Below are positions 37,553-48,801 of a stretch of 64,000 bases of DNA, piece after piece. Origin of the DNA: Promethearchaeota archaeon (GTDB lineage: Archaea; Asgardarchaeota; Lokiarchaeia; Sigyniarchaeales; SOKP01); the NCBI GenBank assembly GCA_030603385.1, contig JAUVXW010000001.1:64001-128000 (forward strand), written 5' to 3'. A program made the position numbers and the translations under genes. The notes beneath the pieces were generated by a model that worked only from the letters and a program-made list of their open reading frames with translations, was not told where the DNA came from and made no database searches. Numbering within the stretch: the first letter of the stretch is position 1; every line of letters starts with the position of its first letter.

Positions 37553-39637
37553 ATGCCCGTAAATATTACTGATTTTTTGAACAAGAAATCCGATGGATTA
37601 AAGAAAAGAGATTTAGTAAAATCTCCGAATTTAAAAACAATCTTCAACGTTATAAATCAACATTTATATGGAAAACTAAAGTATACTGATACAGACACTA
37701 GAGCACGTTCGAAACAAATCATAAATCTTTTACTATGTAAGTTAGTCGATGAGGTTTCTAAAAAACCTGAAGAAGAGATGGAATTTTGCATTAAAAACAG
37801 TGAATCTCCAGAAAATCTATATTACAGAATCCAAAAATTTTTCGATGAGAATGTTCGGGCAAAATACAAAGAAGTTCTTGACCAAAATGAACAAATTAAG
37901 CTGACTGAAGAACTAGTTTATTTAATTGTAAGTGAAATTCAACATATCTCTCTACTTCGATCTTCTAAAGATATATTCAGTGATGCTTTTGAAATTTTTG
38001 TTAGTAAAATTCTAAAGGATGAGGCAGGACAGTTTTTTACACCTCCAAATATAGTAAAATTTATGGTACATTACTTAGATCCAGAGCTTGAAACTAAAAT
38101 TTTGGATCCTGCTTGTGGACATGGAGGGTTCCTTCTTGAAAGTAAAGATCTTCTATGGAGTAAATGCGAATTGGAAAGTGATAAAATTGATGCTATTTCT
38201 AAGTTATATGGTATTGATAAAGACTTATTCTTAGCAAAAATAAGTAGATTATATTTGGATATCCTAAGTAATGGAATATCTAATATATTTTGTGAAGATT
38301 CGTTAGATCCTAAAAATTATAGAGCTCCAGCGAAGGAATTTATAAAGAATGATAATTTTGATTTTATTTTTACTAATCCCCCTTTTGGTGTTAAAATTCC
38401 TATTAACGATAGTAAAATCTTAATAAATTATCAATTAGGTCATACATGGAAAAATGTTAGTGGCAAATTGGAAATGCAAAATAAAGTAGTAAAGCAACAA
38501 CCTCCACAAGTTCTTTTTATTGAAAGATGTGTTCAGTTACTTAAAGACGGAGGAAAATTAGGAATTGTCTTACCAGAAGGAATATTTGGGAATCCTTCAG
38601 ATCGTTATATTTGGGAGTATCTAATTTCTAATGGCAAGATCTTAGGTATTATTTCATTGGATCAGAATACTTTTCAACCCTATACTTGTAATAAAACCAG
38701 TATCCTCTTTTTCCAGAAATTGAAAATGATTCCAAAAGATTATCTAATAGATTTCGCTATTGTAGAGAATGTAGGTCATGATAAGGATGGAAAGATTTTA
38801 TACAAACTTAATAGAGATGGGAGTAAGAAATTAGATTCTAATGGAGTAGCAATAGTAAATGATGACTTACGTGATCTACACTTAAGATTAAATGAGGCTG
38901 AACAATTTAATTATTTGAAAGAACAAAAAATCTTTAAAATCAGCTTCAGTCAAATAAAAAACCAAGTTTTTATTCCTCTTTATTATACTGGAGTGGAAAA
39001 AACCTTAAAGAAACTTGCTAATGATGAAAAGTTTGAACTTCTGTCAATTAGGGAATTAGCTGAAAAAAAGTTTATTTATACTAATAAAGGAGGCTACTTA
39101 CCGCGGGGAGATGAAATAGGTTCTCATCTTTATGGATTAGGTACTATCCCATTTATAAGGACTAGTGAAATTTCCAATTGGGAAATAAATTTGGATTCAT
39201 ATAAGAAAACTAGTGAAGAAGTATATGAACAGTATAAAGAAAAACAAAACATTGAACCAGGAAATATTCTATTAGTTAAAGATGGTGGTCCAAATCTAAT
39301 TGGTAAAACAGCTTATATATCTGAAATGGATGTGAAGATAATTATACAAAGTCATCTCTTTCAAATAAAATCCTTAGAGAATGATGAATGTATTGACTCT
39401 TATCTTCTCTTATATCTATTAAATCTTGATATAGTGCAAAAACAGATTCAAGCAATAACTTTTGTTCAAGGAACTATAGCCACTATAGGAAATCGAATTA
39501 TGGAAGTAATCTTACCCATCCCAAAGGAGATTTCTAAAAGGAAAGACATTTCAAAATCAATAAAACAAATTATTGATAAAAAGACAGAAATAAGAACAAA
39601 AATACAAAACCTATCTTTGGAATCGTTTAATATCTAA
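37553..39637 (+). CDS. N6-adenine DNA methyltransferase fused to a specificity (TRD) domain
   Basis: GQFFTP, DPACGHGGFL, TNPPF, IVLPEG; C-terminal HsdS-like IPFIRTSEI...LPIP region. Confidence 0.9.
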   Translation: MPVNITDFLNKKSDGLKKRDLVKSPNLKTIFNVINQHLYGKLKYTDTDTRARSKQIINLLLCKLVDEVSKKPEEEMEFCIKNSESPENLYYRIQKFFDENVRAKYKEVLDQNEQIKLTEELVYLIVSEIQHISLLRSSKDIFSDAFEIFVSKILKDEAGQFFTPPNIVKFMVHYLDPELETKILDPACGHGGFLLESKDLLWSKCELESDKIDAISKLYGIDKDLFLAKISRLYLDILSNGISNIFCEDSLDPKNYRAPAKEFIKNDNFDFIFTNPPFGVKIPINDSKILINYQLGHTWKNVSGKLEMQNKVVKQQPPQVLFIERCVQLLKDGGKLGIVLPEGIFGNPSDRYIWEYLISNGKILGIISLDQNTFQPYTCNKTSILFFQKLKMIPKDYLIDFAIVENVGHDKDGKILYKLNRDGSKKLDSNGVAIVNDDLRDLHLRLNEAEQFNYLKEQKIFKISFSQIKNQVFIPLYYTGVEKTLKKLANDEKFELLSIRELAEKKFIYTNKGGYLPRGDEIGSHLYGLGTIPFIRTSEISNWEINLDSYKKTSEEVYEQYKEKQNIEPGNILLVKDGGPNLIGKTAYISEMDVKIIIQSHLFQIKSLENDECIDSYLLLYLLNLDIVQKQIQAITFVQGTIATIGNRIMEVILPIPKEISKRKDISKSIKQIIDKKTEIRTKIQNLSLESFNI

Positions 39638-39701
39638 TATTAGAAAAATATATACGATTTTATACAAATCACTTATCAAGAAGAAGATTGAAAAATTTTC
39701 T

Positions 39702-40118
39702 ATGAAATTATATGATGAAGTGGTACAGCTATGGAAGAAAGCAGGGATTAGCGTGGGATCTTCAGATTTAAAAGAAGAAATTGAGAAAATGCTGAAACGA
39801 AATCCTAATCTATTCTTAATTGGAAAAATAAAAGAAAAAATCATTGCTGTAGTGATGGGTGGATTTGATGGCAGAAGAGGGTATGTCCATCATCTTGCTG
39901 TAGATCCAATACATCAAAAAAAGGGATATGGAAAAATGATGATGCATGATCTAATTAACGATTTCCGCAGAATTGGAGTACATAAGATTCACTTATTTAT
40001 AGAAAAACAGAATCAAGCTGTTGTAGACTTTTATAATAATTTGGGATGGCAAATGAGAGATGATCTGATTATGATGAGTATTATACCTGATAAATCTATG
40101 TATAAAATGCGGATCTAA
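39702..40118 (+). CDS. GNAT acetyltransferase (YpeA-like)
   Basis: GGFDGRRGYVHHLAVDPIHQKKGYG, FYNNLG. Confidence 0.88.
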   Translation: MKLYDEVVQLWKKAGISVGSSDLKEEIEKMLKRNPNLFLIGKIKEKIIAVVMGGFDGRRGYVHHLAVDPIHQKKGYGKMMMHDLINDFRRIGVHKIHLFIEKQNQAVVDFYNNLGWQMRDDLIMMSIIPDKSMYKMRI

Positions 40119-40231
40119 GATAAATTCATATCTTTAAAACTCTGATTTAAAGTACAGCTAATTTTAAAGTTTTAAATATTATTGAAATGAATACTATTTA
40201 CATAAATAATAAATTTTGAAATTGAAAGAAA

Positions 40232-42016
40232 ATGCAAGAGGAAGATATACGGTATTGGGATAAAAAATGGCCTGAAGTAGTACCAAAACATATCGATTAT
40301 GATGAAATACCTTTAGGAGAGTTTCTGAAAAGAGCAGCTAACAAATACCCTAATTCTGATGTGATATTCTTTGAGGGTTTTAGAATGACATACAAGGAGT
40401 TAGATGCTCTCGTTGATCAATTTGCTACTGGACTTGCAAAATTGGGAATTAAAAAGGGTAACACTGTGGCAATTGATTTACCTAATGTCCCTCAATATGT
40501 AATTGCTCATTGGGCAATTCTTAGAATTGGAGCTGTTTCTAATCCAATCCTTCCTGTTAATCGTTATGTGGAAATTGTCCACCAGGTAAATGATTCAAAG
40601 GCTAATACTTTGATTATTCTAGATTATTTGTTTGAAGAATATCTTCTTGGGAGGGATCTTACAAAAATGCCTTCACTAAAAAGCATAATCTTAACTGCTA
40701 CTGCAGAGTATTTACCTAAAATTAAAGCTAAGTTGGGGGTAGCTCTCGGGAAAGTTCCAAGAATGAAAAATTGGCCTGATAAAATAGGAGAGATTACTTT
40801 CCATGGGTTTCAAGATATATTACAAAAAGGGTTACCGATTAATGTCCCTAAAGTAGATATTGATGTTAAAAAAGAACCTGCTATTTTGATATATACTGGG
40901 GGAACAACAGGAGTTCCCAAAGGTGTTATGACATCTCATTATAATATGATTGTAAACACAGAACAAATCGTCACATGGGCGACTACACAATTACCAGAAA
41001 TGGCAGAAGTGAAAGGAAAAGGAGGAATGTTATTAGTCGTACCACTTGCTCATTCATTTGGTAATATAGGTATGACAGTTTCCATATTTGAAGGGTGGAA
41101 ACTAATTTTACTGCCACGACCTCCAGAAAAAATATCAAAGATATTAAATGTTATTATGAAAGAAAAAGCTACATACATGCCCGCAGTTCCTACACTTTTT
41201 ATAAAAATTAATCAAGATCCTGATTCATCCAAATATAAAGGTAAACTTACTTCACTCTATGCTTGTGTTAGCGGTGCTTCAGCATTACCGTTAGAAGTAA
41301 AAAATACTTTTGAAGAACTCACCAGTGCAGTTATTGTTGAAGGCTATGGAATGTCAGAATGTTCACCTATCTTAACCATAAATCCATTTATAAAATCCCT
41401 TCAAAAAATAGATACTGTTGGATTCCCGTTATCAGATACCTTAATAAAAATCGTGGATGCTGAAGAAGGAACAAGTTTAAAACCACAATGTCCTAATGAT
41501 AACTGTGAGAATTGTGGTGCAGATGAGCAACAATATATCGGAGAAATATGTGGAACAGGACCACAAGTCATGTTGGGGTATCTAGGAAGGAAAGAGGTTA
41601 GTGAACATGCTCTAAGAAAAGACTCTCAAGGTAAGATTTGGTATTACACTGCGGATATTGGCTGTATCGATAATGAAGGATACCTTCATATAAAGGATCG
41701 TAAGAGAGATATGATAAAAAGAAAGGGTCATGCTGTTTTCCCAAGAGAAGTAGAAGATTTAATTTACATGCATGAAGCTGTAAATGAAGTTGGAGTAATT
41801 GGTGTTCCCGATCCAGAATCGGGTCAAGAAATAAAGGCATATATTTCTTTAAAACCTGATTATCAAGGAAAAGTTTCTAAAGAAGAACTCATGGAGTGGT
41901 GTCAAACAAATATAAGCCCATTTAAATATCCAAGAATAATCGAAGTTGTTCCTGAGTTACCTAAATCCGTGATTGGTAAGATTCTTAGGCGAGAATTACG
42001 AAAAGAAGGTGAATAA
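40232..42016 (+). CDS. Long-chain fatty acid-CoA ligase (ANL family)
   Basis: YTGGTTGVPKG, EGYGMSE, GPQVMLGY, DRKRDMI, PKSVIGKILR. Confidence 0.93.
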   Translation: MQEEDIRYWDKKWPEVVPKHIDYDEIPLGEFLKRAANKYPNSDVIFFEGFRMTYKELDALVDQFATGLAKLGIKKGNTVAIDLPNVPQYVIAHWAILRIGAVSNPILPVNRYVEIVHQVNDSKANTLIILDYLFEEYLLGRDLTKMPSLKSIILTATAEYLPKIKAKLGVALGKVPRMKNWPDKIGEITFHGFQDILQKGLPINVPKVDIDVKKEPAILIYTGGTTGVPKGVMTSHYNMIVNTEQIVTWATTQLPEMAEVKGKGGMLLVVPLAHSFGNIGMTVSIFEGWKLILLPRPPEKISKILNVIMKEKATYMPAVPTLFIKINQDPDSSKYKGKLTSLYACVSGASALPLEVKNTFEELTSAVIVEGYGMSECSPILTINPFIKSLQKIDTVGFPLSDTLIKIVDAEEGTSLKPQCPNDNCENCGADEQQYIGEICGTGPQVMLGYLGRKEVSEHALRKDSQGKIWYYTADIGCIDNEGYLHIKDRKRDMIKRKGHAVFPREVEDLIYMHEAVNEVGVIGVPDPESGQEIKAYISLKPDYQGKVSKEELMEWCQTNISPFKYPRIIEVVPELPKSVIGKILRRELRKEGE

Positions 42017-42089
42017 CGCTTTTTTTATATCTATTTTTTTTTAATTTTAAATCAGAATTAAATAAGGAACCAATAAGAAACAAGAAATT

Positions 42090-43118
42090 TTAAGAGATAG
42101 TAGAACTTTTGTTTTTAAGAATTTTTTCTGCCTTTTTAGCAAACCCAATTACAATTTCATCAACATCTAAAACTGAATCTATTAGACCACATGATTGTCC
42201 TACTGGTACTGCCCCATTATCCACATCGCCCTTAGTATAGACAATCTCATATTTATGGAAATCATCCATAAGATTCTCAATGTTGTTGAATAAACTCTTT
42301 TCATATGTAATTTTTTCTTCTTTCGTCATAACTCTACCATGTTCTAAGCAAAATCTATTTTTGATTAATCTTATTGGACCAAAGCCTCCTGTAGTTAGCA
42401 TAGTATCATTATCTGTAGCTGGAGGAATTAATGCCTTATAATTGGGATGGAATTCACTCTCCTTTGATGCTATGAATCTGGTTCCCATGACAACAGCATC
42501 AGCGCCCATGACTAGTGCTGCTGCTATTCCTTCTGGTGTTGCTATTCCACCACAAGCGACGGTTAGCATGTCAGGATATTTTTGGGTTATTTCTTGTACT
42601 AAAACTAAAGTAGTGATACCCTCATAACTCTGGTGCCCTCCGCCTTCAGTGCCAGTAGCGACAATACCATTACATCCAGATTCAACCACTTTATCTGCAA
42701 GCCATAAAGCTGGCGCTACATGAAAATGGTACATTTCGGGACATGTTTTTTGCCACAATTTAGCTGCTACTCTCGGACCTCCAGCACTCGTCAAACCATA
42801 AATCATCTGTTCTCTAATTTTTGGATTTTCCTTACGCCATTGCCCTACTTTTCTTAATAAAATCCTATGATCTGTTTGCATTCGTGCAACTCGAATATTA
42901 AATCCAAATGGTTTATCAGTAGCTTCTATAACTGTATCAATCTGATCTTTAAAATCTAAAATTGAGTTTTTTCCTTGTAAAGTAGCATGACTTATTACCC
43001 CTAATCCACCTGCTTCTGATACAGCAATGGCTAACTGAGTTGTATAAAAGGGTCCCATTGGTGCACTAATTATAGGATATTTTATCCCAAATTTTTCAGT
43101 AATTCTTGTTTTTATCAT
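42090..43118 (-). CDS. Nitronate monooxygenase / FabK-like flavin oxidoreductase
   Basis: PIISAPMG, AVSEAGGLG, GTEGGGH, GGIA, MGTRF. Confidence 0.88.
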   Translation of the reverse strand: MIKTRITEKFGIKYPIISAPMGPFYTTQLAIAVSEAGGLGVISHATLQGKNSILDFKDQIDTVIEATDKPFGFNIRVARMQTDHRILLRKVGQWRKENPKIREQMIYGLTSAGGPRVAAKLWQKTCPEMYHFHVAPALWLADKVVESGCNGIVATGTEGGGHQSYEGITTLVLVQEITQKYPDMLTVACGGIATPEGIAAALVMGADAVVMGTRFIASKESEFHPNYKALIPPATDNDTMLTTGGFGPIRLIKNRFCLEHGRVMTKEEKITYEKSLFNNIENLMDDFHKYEIVYTKGDVDNGAVPVGQSCGLIDSVLDVDEIVIGFAKKAEKILKNKSSTIS

Positions 43119-43317
43119 TATTTATCCCTTTTTATTCAGTTTTCCCCTTATTCACCTTATTTATATTTTAATCATCAATTTTAAAAAGGTTTACTTTTGT
43201 ATTTATAAATCTTAAACTAATCAATTCTTAAAAATGAATTTCTATTGATGTAATCAAATAATATTTTGCTTTAGGGTTGATAGAAAATTAAGAAAAAATA
43301 GAAAGGAAATAAAATGA

Positions 43318-43920
43318 TTAAAATTTTTGTCCACATTTTTTGCAGACATTAATCTTTGAATACATAGGAGAATGACCAATATAACCTAAAACCTTAGATT
43401 TGTCTTCTTCAGTTTTTATGTCTTTCCCTACCGCACCACAGCTTGGGCAAATTAATCGATCATCACTCTTAAATTCTGTTGGTGCAGCTGGTTTTAATTC
43501 AGTCAATTCTGCTTCAACTTTATTTAAGCTAGCTTTTTGTTCTTCAATTACTTTTTCTTTTTCAGAAAGTGATTTTGTAATTTCATCTATTTTAGAGTCT
43601 TTTTCAGAGATAGAATTATTTAATTCTTCTGTTTTTTTAGACAAACCTTCAACCTGCGATTTTAGATCTCCCACTTCCGTACTGAAGTTGTCGTTTGAAG
43701 CTGTTAATTCTTTAACTTGACTATCTAACTCTGATATTTTACTCTTCCCTTGTTCCAGCTCAGAATTTAAATCAGTAATTTTTTCTTCTAAATTTTTAAT
43801 TCTTTCATCTTCTTTTGTTATAGTTGCTTTAAGGTCAAAAATTTCAGATTCATATTCATTGATTTTATTTTGTAATCCTTTTACAATTTTATCATCTAAA
43901 CTTTCTGTGAGATCTTTCAT
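43318..43920 (-). CDS. Coiled-coil protein with C-terminal zinc ribbon
   Basis: About 140 aa of heptad repeats, then CPSC...CKKC. Confidence 0.75.
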   Translation of the reverse strand: MKDLTESLDDKIVKGLQNKINEYESEIFDLKATITKEDERIKNLEEKITDLNSELEQGKSKISELDSQVKELTASNDNFSTEVGDLKSQVEGLSKKTEELNNSISEKDSKIDEITKSLSEKEKVIEEQKASLNKVEAELTELKPAAPTEFKSDDRLICPSCGAVGKDIKTEEDKSKVLGYIGHSPMYSKINVCKKCGQKF

Positions 43921-44193
43921 TTCATCTTGAGAAATAAAAATAACACCTCTTTTTTTGTGTCTTTTTTATGAACCGTTAATTATACTATAGTAAATAAGCG
44001 ATATGTGCCAAAACGAATTTTAGCAATAATAAATAAATTCTTACAAAATCTTTATAATAAAATTAGTATTTAAGCTTTATTTTTACGATATTTTGTGTTT
44101 AGAAAAAGAAATTTTGCTTTGAAATTTCTGTAGTAATACCTACCACGGATTAATCTTAGATAATTTCCATTAAATTTTAAGAAAAATGATTCA

Positions 44194-45693
44194 TTATTCT
44201 ATAGAGATAATAGTATTTCTTTCAATATTAGAATCATATTGAACCATACATGTTTTTCCAACTATTTCTTGAGTCTCTAAAGCAAGAAGCAACTCTGGTT
44301 TAGTAACGAATGCAATACTACGACTCCCATTTTCAAGAGTACCTATTATAACTCCTCTGTTAGGTTGCCCTGATCGCTTATAAATAATAGAATATCCATC
44401 AACAATGAGTTTACCATTCGCTTTTTCAATTGGTTCCGGTAGTATTTTTTTTAAAATTGAATCTTGTATTTTAGAGTCATCCCGAACACCCCATTGTATC
44501 ATAGGTGGTTTTGTTCCATAGATCCCAATTGATTGTTTAGTGTTATATCCACCATTTGCTATAACCATCACTTTTAATGAAGGGTTGGCACGAATTGATT
44601 CAACAGTGTTGATAATTGCATGTAAAGAATAATTGCTTAAAGGAGTCCCAAAAAATGGAAGACCTCCTGTGAGTGTCAGATCACGCGGATCATCGTCTTT
44701 AATTCCAAGCTCATTCATAAAGATCTCTACAATTGAAGGAAAACAGCTATATAAGTCAAATTTATCAATATCACTTAACTTTAAACCCGCTTGTTCCAAA
44801 GCAAGGCGAGTTCCTTCTCTTGTTGCTGGAGAATCATCAAGTCGCGGACGTCGATAAATCTCATCAATATTTTTGAATGTTGCTCCTCCCATTATATATA
44901 TCCATTGTTTTCTATCAATATTAAGAAATTCAGCAATTTCTTCACTTGTAATTAAAACTGTTCCAGCTTGATCTACGAAATTGTTCGCGCACATACGCTT
45001 AGTGTAAGGGTGTACAATAAGACGATTCTCAGGTGAGGGTGTAATAATTTCTTCAGCGGTAAATTGCTTTTGAGTCCAGCTATAAGGATTTTTTGATGCA
45101 ATCTTAGAAAAATGTTCAAAGAGTTTTCCTATATATTTTTGGTGTTCCTCAATAGTTCGTCCAGATGATGCTCTTAATGCTGTTTCGAAAATTGCATAGG
45201 CAGTAGTTGCAAAATATAATTGGTAATTTATAACATCTTGAGCGATTGCCCATCTCTCCCCATTTATGTATTTTGGATCTTCTTTTTTCGGCCAATACTC
45301 AGGACGTTTCCCCTTAAATGTCTTTCGTATAGAATAGGCAGCCTCTCCGCCTGTAACGAGAATGCAACGGTGCTCTCCAGTGGCAATTGCTTTAGCGGCA
45401 CGATTAATTAACATTTGAGGACTTTGTCCTCCATCGGGCAAATAAATTTTCTCTTTAGGTGTGATATTGAGCCTTTTCCCAAGTTCCCCAGGTGCATCTT
45501 CATATAACCATGAACTGATATTCACCATATAAATTGCATCTATATAATCAACGATATTGTTAGCTTGTGTATCTTCTATTGCCTTTTGCCCCGTCTTTAC
45601 CATTAAACTAAGTGAGTCAAGAGGCTGGGGTGTGTCTCTACGTTGTGTAAACTGTGCGGCACCAATTATAACTGGATTGTTTTTTTTACTCAT
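44194..45693 (-). CDS. Thiolase-like protein (acetyl-CoA acetyltransferase family)
   Basis: PVIIGAAQ, GGQSPQ, VDQAG, DLYSCFP, LTLTGGLPFFG. Confidence 0.85.
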   Translation of the reverse strand: MSKKNNPVIIGAAQFTQRRDTPQPLDSLSLMVKTGQKAIEDTQANNIVDYIDAIYMVNISSWLYEDAPGELGKRLNITPKEKIYLPDGGQSPQMLINRAAKAIATGEHRCILVTGGEAAYSIRKTFKGKRPEYWPKKEDPKYINGERWAIAQDVINYQLYFATTAYAIFETALRASSGRTIEEHQKYIGKLFEHFSKIASKNPYSWTQKQFTAEEIITPSPENRLIVHPYTKRMCANNFVDQAGTVLITSEEIAEFLNIDRKQWIYIMGGATFKNIDEIYRRPRLDDSPATREGTRLALEQAGLKLSDIDKFDLYSCFPSIVEIFMNELGIKDDDPRDLTLTGGLPFFGTPLSNYSLHAIINTVESIRANPSLKVMVIANGGYNTKQSIGIYGTKPPMIQWGVRDDSKIQDSILKKILPEPIEKANGKLIVDGYSIIYKRSGQPNRGVIIGTLENGSRSIAFVTKPELLLALETQEIVGKTCMVQYDSNIERNTIISIE

Positions 45694-45906
45694 AATTTAA
45701 ACTATTATATCTAATGTTTTGTTAAATTTCCAATTCATTTAAAAATTAATTAATTTTAATTATGCTTCAATATGAAATTAAAATCATACTTTATTTTAAA
45801 CTGCATTAAACAAATAAATTTAAGTTATTTCACGAGAACAATTACCATCGTTTTAAAAGCAAATTAAAATTCTTTTGCTGCTTCTTATAGATGAAAAAAA
45901 GAAGAA

Positions 45907-46191
45907 TTAACTAGGGTAATCATTTTTGGAACCCATTAGAGTGGTTGTTTCTTCGATCCATTGAGATAAATCCTTATCAACTCTACAGAAGGTAACAATT
46001 TTATCTAAATCCTTTAGTTTGCTAAATGAGCATTCTACAATTACATCCCATCCTCCATAAATGGGAGTAGCATACGTTACTTTCCAATCTCCTTCTGATT
46101 CTGTTGATTTTAAACCATTTAGTTTATCAACAACTTTCCATTCAGAACCAATTACCTTTAATCGAATTAATATATACCTCGATAATATCAT
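45907..46191 (-). CDS. Lrp/AsnC ligand-binding (RAM) domain protein
   Basis: YILI...IYGGWDVIV...IEETTTL pattern, no HTH. Confidence 0.7.
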   Translation of the reverse strand: MILSRYILIRLKVIGSEWKVVDKLNGLKSTESEGDWKVTYATPIYGGWDVIVECSFSKLKDLDKIVTFCRVDKDLSQWIEETTTLMGSKNDYPS

Positions 46192-46521
46192 TTTAAATAC
46201 CTCATTCTAATTTTTAACAAATTTATTGTTATCTTTTTAATAATTCCTTTTCTTATTTGGAATAAATACAGTTAAATTACTATTTCTTGTAGCATCTTTT
46301 TCTGTTCTAATAATTTCATTACACCTTCTCAAGAGTTTTGTTCTAAGTTTTGTCAGTAAGTTAAAAGAATTTTAAGATTAAAGATAATCCACAATTTACA
46401 CATTTAGAACGAAACTTTTATATATGAACTATGAAATATATCATAAGTATAATTTATCCAAAAATTACAAATTAGAAAATTTATAAAATAAATTAAAACA
46501 AGAAAATGAGGTAAATTTATT

Positions 46522-47328
46522 ATGAAAAGAGAAATGGCAGTAGTTGGGATGATAGCTTGCTTAGCGGGAGGATTCTTGGCTGGATGGTTTATCCCTCCAC
46601 TTTTTGCCCCCCCAAGCGGTGAATTAATTAGTAAGATCAAATCCCGAGGGGAATTGCGTGTTGGAACTAGTACTGATTATCCACCCTTCGAATTTGATAA
46701 CATAACTTCGGGTGAGATTGAAGGCTTTGACGTCGATGTAAGCCGTTTGATTGCTGATGAAATTGGTGTTGATCTTGAAATGGTCAACATGGATTTTGAC
46801 GCTCTGATTGGTGCTTGTGCTGCAGGCACAATTGACATGATTGCGGCAGCAATGACGTACGATCCTACATCGGACATTGGACAAGAACGCGCACAGCAAC
46901 TTGCACCCTCTATACCCTATGTCACTGTTGCCCAAGTTGTCATCGTAACGGGAGATTCAGCACTCACAATTAATAATTTAACAGATCTTCTTGGATATGA
47001 TGTTGGCTGTCAATCGGGCACCGTAATGGAGGCTGAGTTGGATGATATACCCGGTATGACTTATACATCATTTGCTAGTGCTCTCGTGCTTATTCAAGAT
47101 TTAGTCAGTGGTATAGGTATCGACGCAGCATACATAGACGAGCCGGTTTTTACCACCTGGAATCAAACATACGACCTTAAAGTCATCTTAACTACGGGAA
47201 CTGATCCTCTATCGCTGTGGTGCAGACACGAGGACCCAGATCTGCTATATGTGATCAACACAGTCATCCTTACTGGGTATGAACCAAGTGGAACGATGTA
47301 TGATCTATTAGATAAGTGGTTTGGGTGA
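46522..47328 (+). CDS. Polar amino acid ABC transporter substrate-binding protein
   Basis: N-terminal TM, LRVGTSTDYPPFEF, GFDVD, FDALI. Confidence 0.92.
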   Translation: MKREMAVVGMIACLAGGFLAGWFIPPLFAPPSGELISKIKSRGELRVGTSTDYPPFEFDNITSGEIEGFDVDVSRLIADEIGVDLEMVNMDFDALIGACAAGTIDMIAAAMTYDPTSDIGQERAQQLAPSIPYVTVAQVVIVTGDSALTINNLTDLLGYDVGCQSGTVMEAELDDIPGMTYTSFASALVLIQDLVSGIGIDAAYIDEPVFTTWNQTYDLKVILTTGTDPLSLWCRHEDPDLLYVINTVILTGYEPSGTMYDLLDKWFG

Positions 47329-48011
47329 CTGATCTTCCAACCCTCCCAGAAATTATTTTTTATATTCTGAGGAGAGGTCTGTACCATACATTGCTTTTAA
47401 CTGTTCTAGGTTTATTGATTGGGTTTATATTGGGTATATCGCTAGCGCTTATGCGTGTATATGGGGCTAAAGAACTCGCTTGGTTTTCAAGTGGTTATGA
47501 GAAGTTGTTTCGCGGCATCCCACTTATAGTTCTGATCTACGTCTTCGCTTTCGGATTGCCAGACATTTTTTGGTACATTGACCCACTTGAATTAAGGCTT
47601 GGCAGCGTAGTTTTAGCGCTTTCTCTTCGTAGTGCTGCCTACCAGTCTCAGATTTTTCGTGGAGCTATTTTATCAGTGACTCCAGGGCAAACGGAAGCTG
47701 CTCGTGCGCTAGGTATGGGGGGGTCCCAAGCTTTCCGACACATTGTAATGCCACAAGCCTTACGGCTAGCAGTACCTAGCTGGTCCAATGAATATGCGGT
47801 GGTCATTAAAGATTCATCTTTCGCTTCCGCGATTGGAATTATCGAGATGACTCAGTCGGCTTATTTTGTGTCTATAAATTTTCAAGAAATCTGGGCTTTA
47901 TCGTATTTAATTCTTGCAATTCTATATTTTTTATTTACATATCCCATAACAAGGATATTCGGTGAACGACAATCCAAGAAACTGAAGAAGTTTGGGATGG
48001 GAGGTGGCTAG
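47322..48011 (+). CDS. Polar amino acid ABC transporter permease
   Basis: [19 protein letters not shown]...[15 protein letters not shown]; exact start uncertain (47316 or 47322). Confidence 0.92.
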   Translation, partial: WVTDLPTLPEIIFYILRRGLYHTLLLTVLGLLIGFILGISLALMRVYGAKELAWFSSGYEKLFRGIPLIVLIYVFAFGLPDIFWYIDPLELRLGSVVLALSLRSAAYQSQIFRGAILSVTPGQTEAARALGMGGSQAFRHIVMPQALRLAVPSWSNEYAVVIKDSSFASAIGIIEMTQSAYFVSINFQEIWALSYLILAILYFLFTYPITRIFGERQSKKLKKFGMGGG

Positions 48012-48013
48012 AG

Positions 48014-48781
48014 ATGGATAAACCTATTTTACGCGTAGTTGATATTTGGAAGTCATACGAAGATTTGCAAGTCCTCAAAGGAGTTTCATTCGAGCTGGGG
48101 GAAGGAGAGGTCAAGGTTGTCTTTGGACCAAGTGGTTCTGGTAAAAGCACGTTGCTTCGTTGCATCAATATGTTGAGCCCACCAGACAAGGGGGAGGTAT
48201 ACATCCGCGGACAGAATATTAATGCCCCTGAAGTCAATATTAATGCGATGCGGGCTAGAATCGGCATGGTATTCCAACATTTTAACCTATTTACCCATCT
48301 TAAAGCGATAGATAATGTTAGTATTGGCCTTCGCCGGGTGAAAGGTTTTTCAAAGGAAGAAGCTCGAGCGAAGGCACTTGAGGTGTTACAATCGGTTAGA
48401 ATGGAGAAATGGACTGATCATTATCCTGCTGAACTATCTGGTGGTCAACAACAACGTGTGGGCATAGCTCGCGCTTTAGCTATGGACCCGGATGTAATTT
48501 TGTTTGACGAACCTACCTCTGCTCTAGATCCTGAATTGATCGGTGAAGTACTCCAAGTGATGTTGGATATTGCTAAAGCAGGCACTACAATGATAGTTGT
48601 AACCCACGAAATGGGATTCGCTAGAGCTGTCGCATCAGAAATGATTTTTCTTGGTGATGGAGTCATCATGGAAAGCGGAACACCCGAACACTTCTTCGTC
48701 TCGCCTAAATCCGAACGAGTGAAGAATTTCCTCCGCCAGCTTGATATTTTATACGGAGGCCACGAAAAACTTTTAAAATAA
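48014..48781 (+). CDS. Polar amino acid ABC transporter ATP-binding protein (GlnQ-like)
   Basis: [33 protein letters not shown]. Confidence 0.95.
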   Translation: MDKPILRVVDIWKSYEDLQVLKGVSFELGEGEVKVVFGPSGSGKSTLLRCINMLSPPDKGEVYIRGQNINAPEVNINAMRARIGMVFQHFNLFTHLKAIDNVSIGLRRVKGFSKEEARAKALEVLQSVRMEKWTDHYPAELSGGQQQRVGIARALAMDPDVILFDEPTSALDPELIGEVLQVMLDIAKAGTTMIVVTHEMGFARAVASEMIFLGDGVIMESGTPEHFFVSPKSERVKNFLRQLDILYGGHEKLLK

Positions 48782-48801
48782 TCAAACGAGGAGGAACACA
48801 A

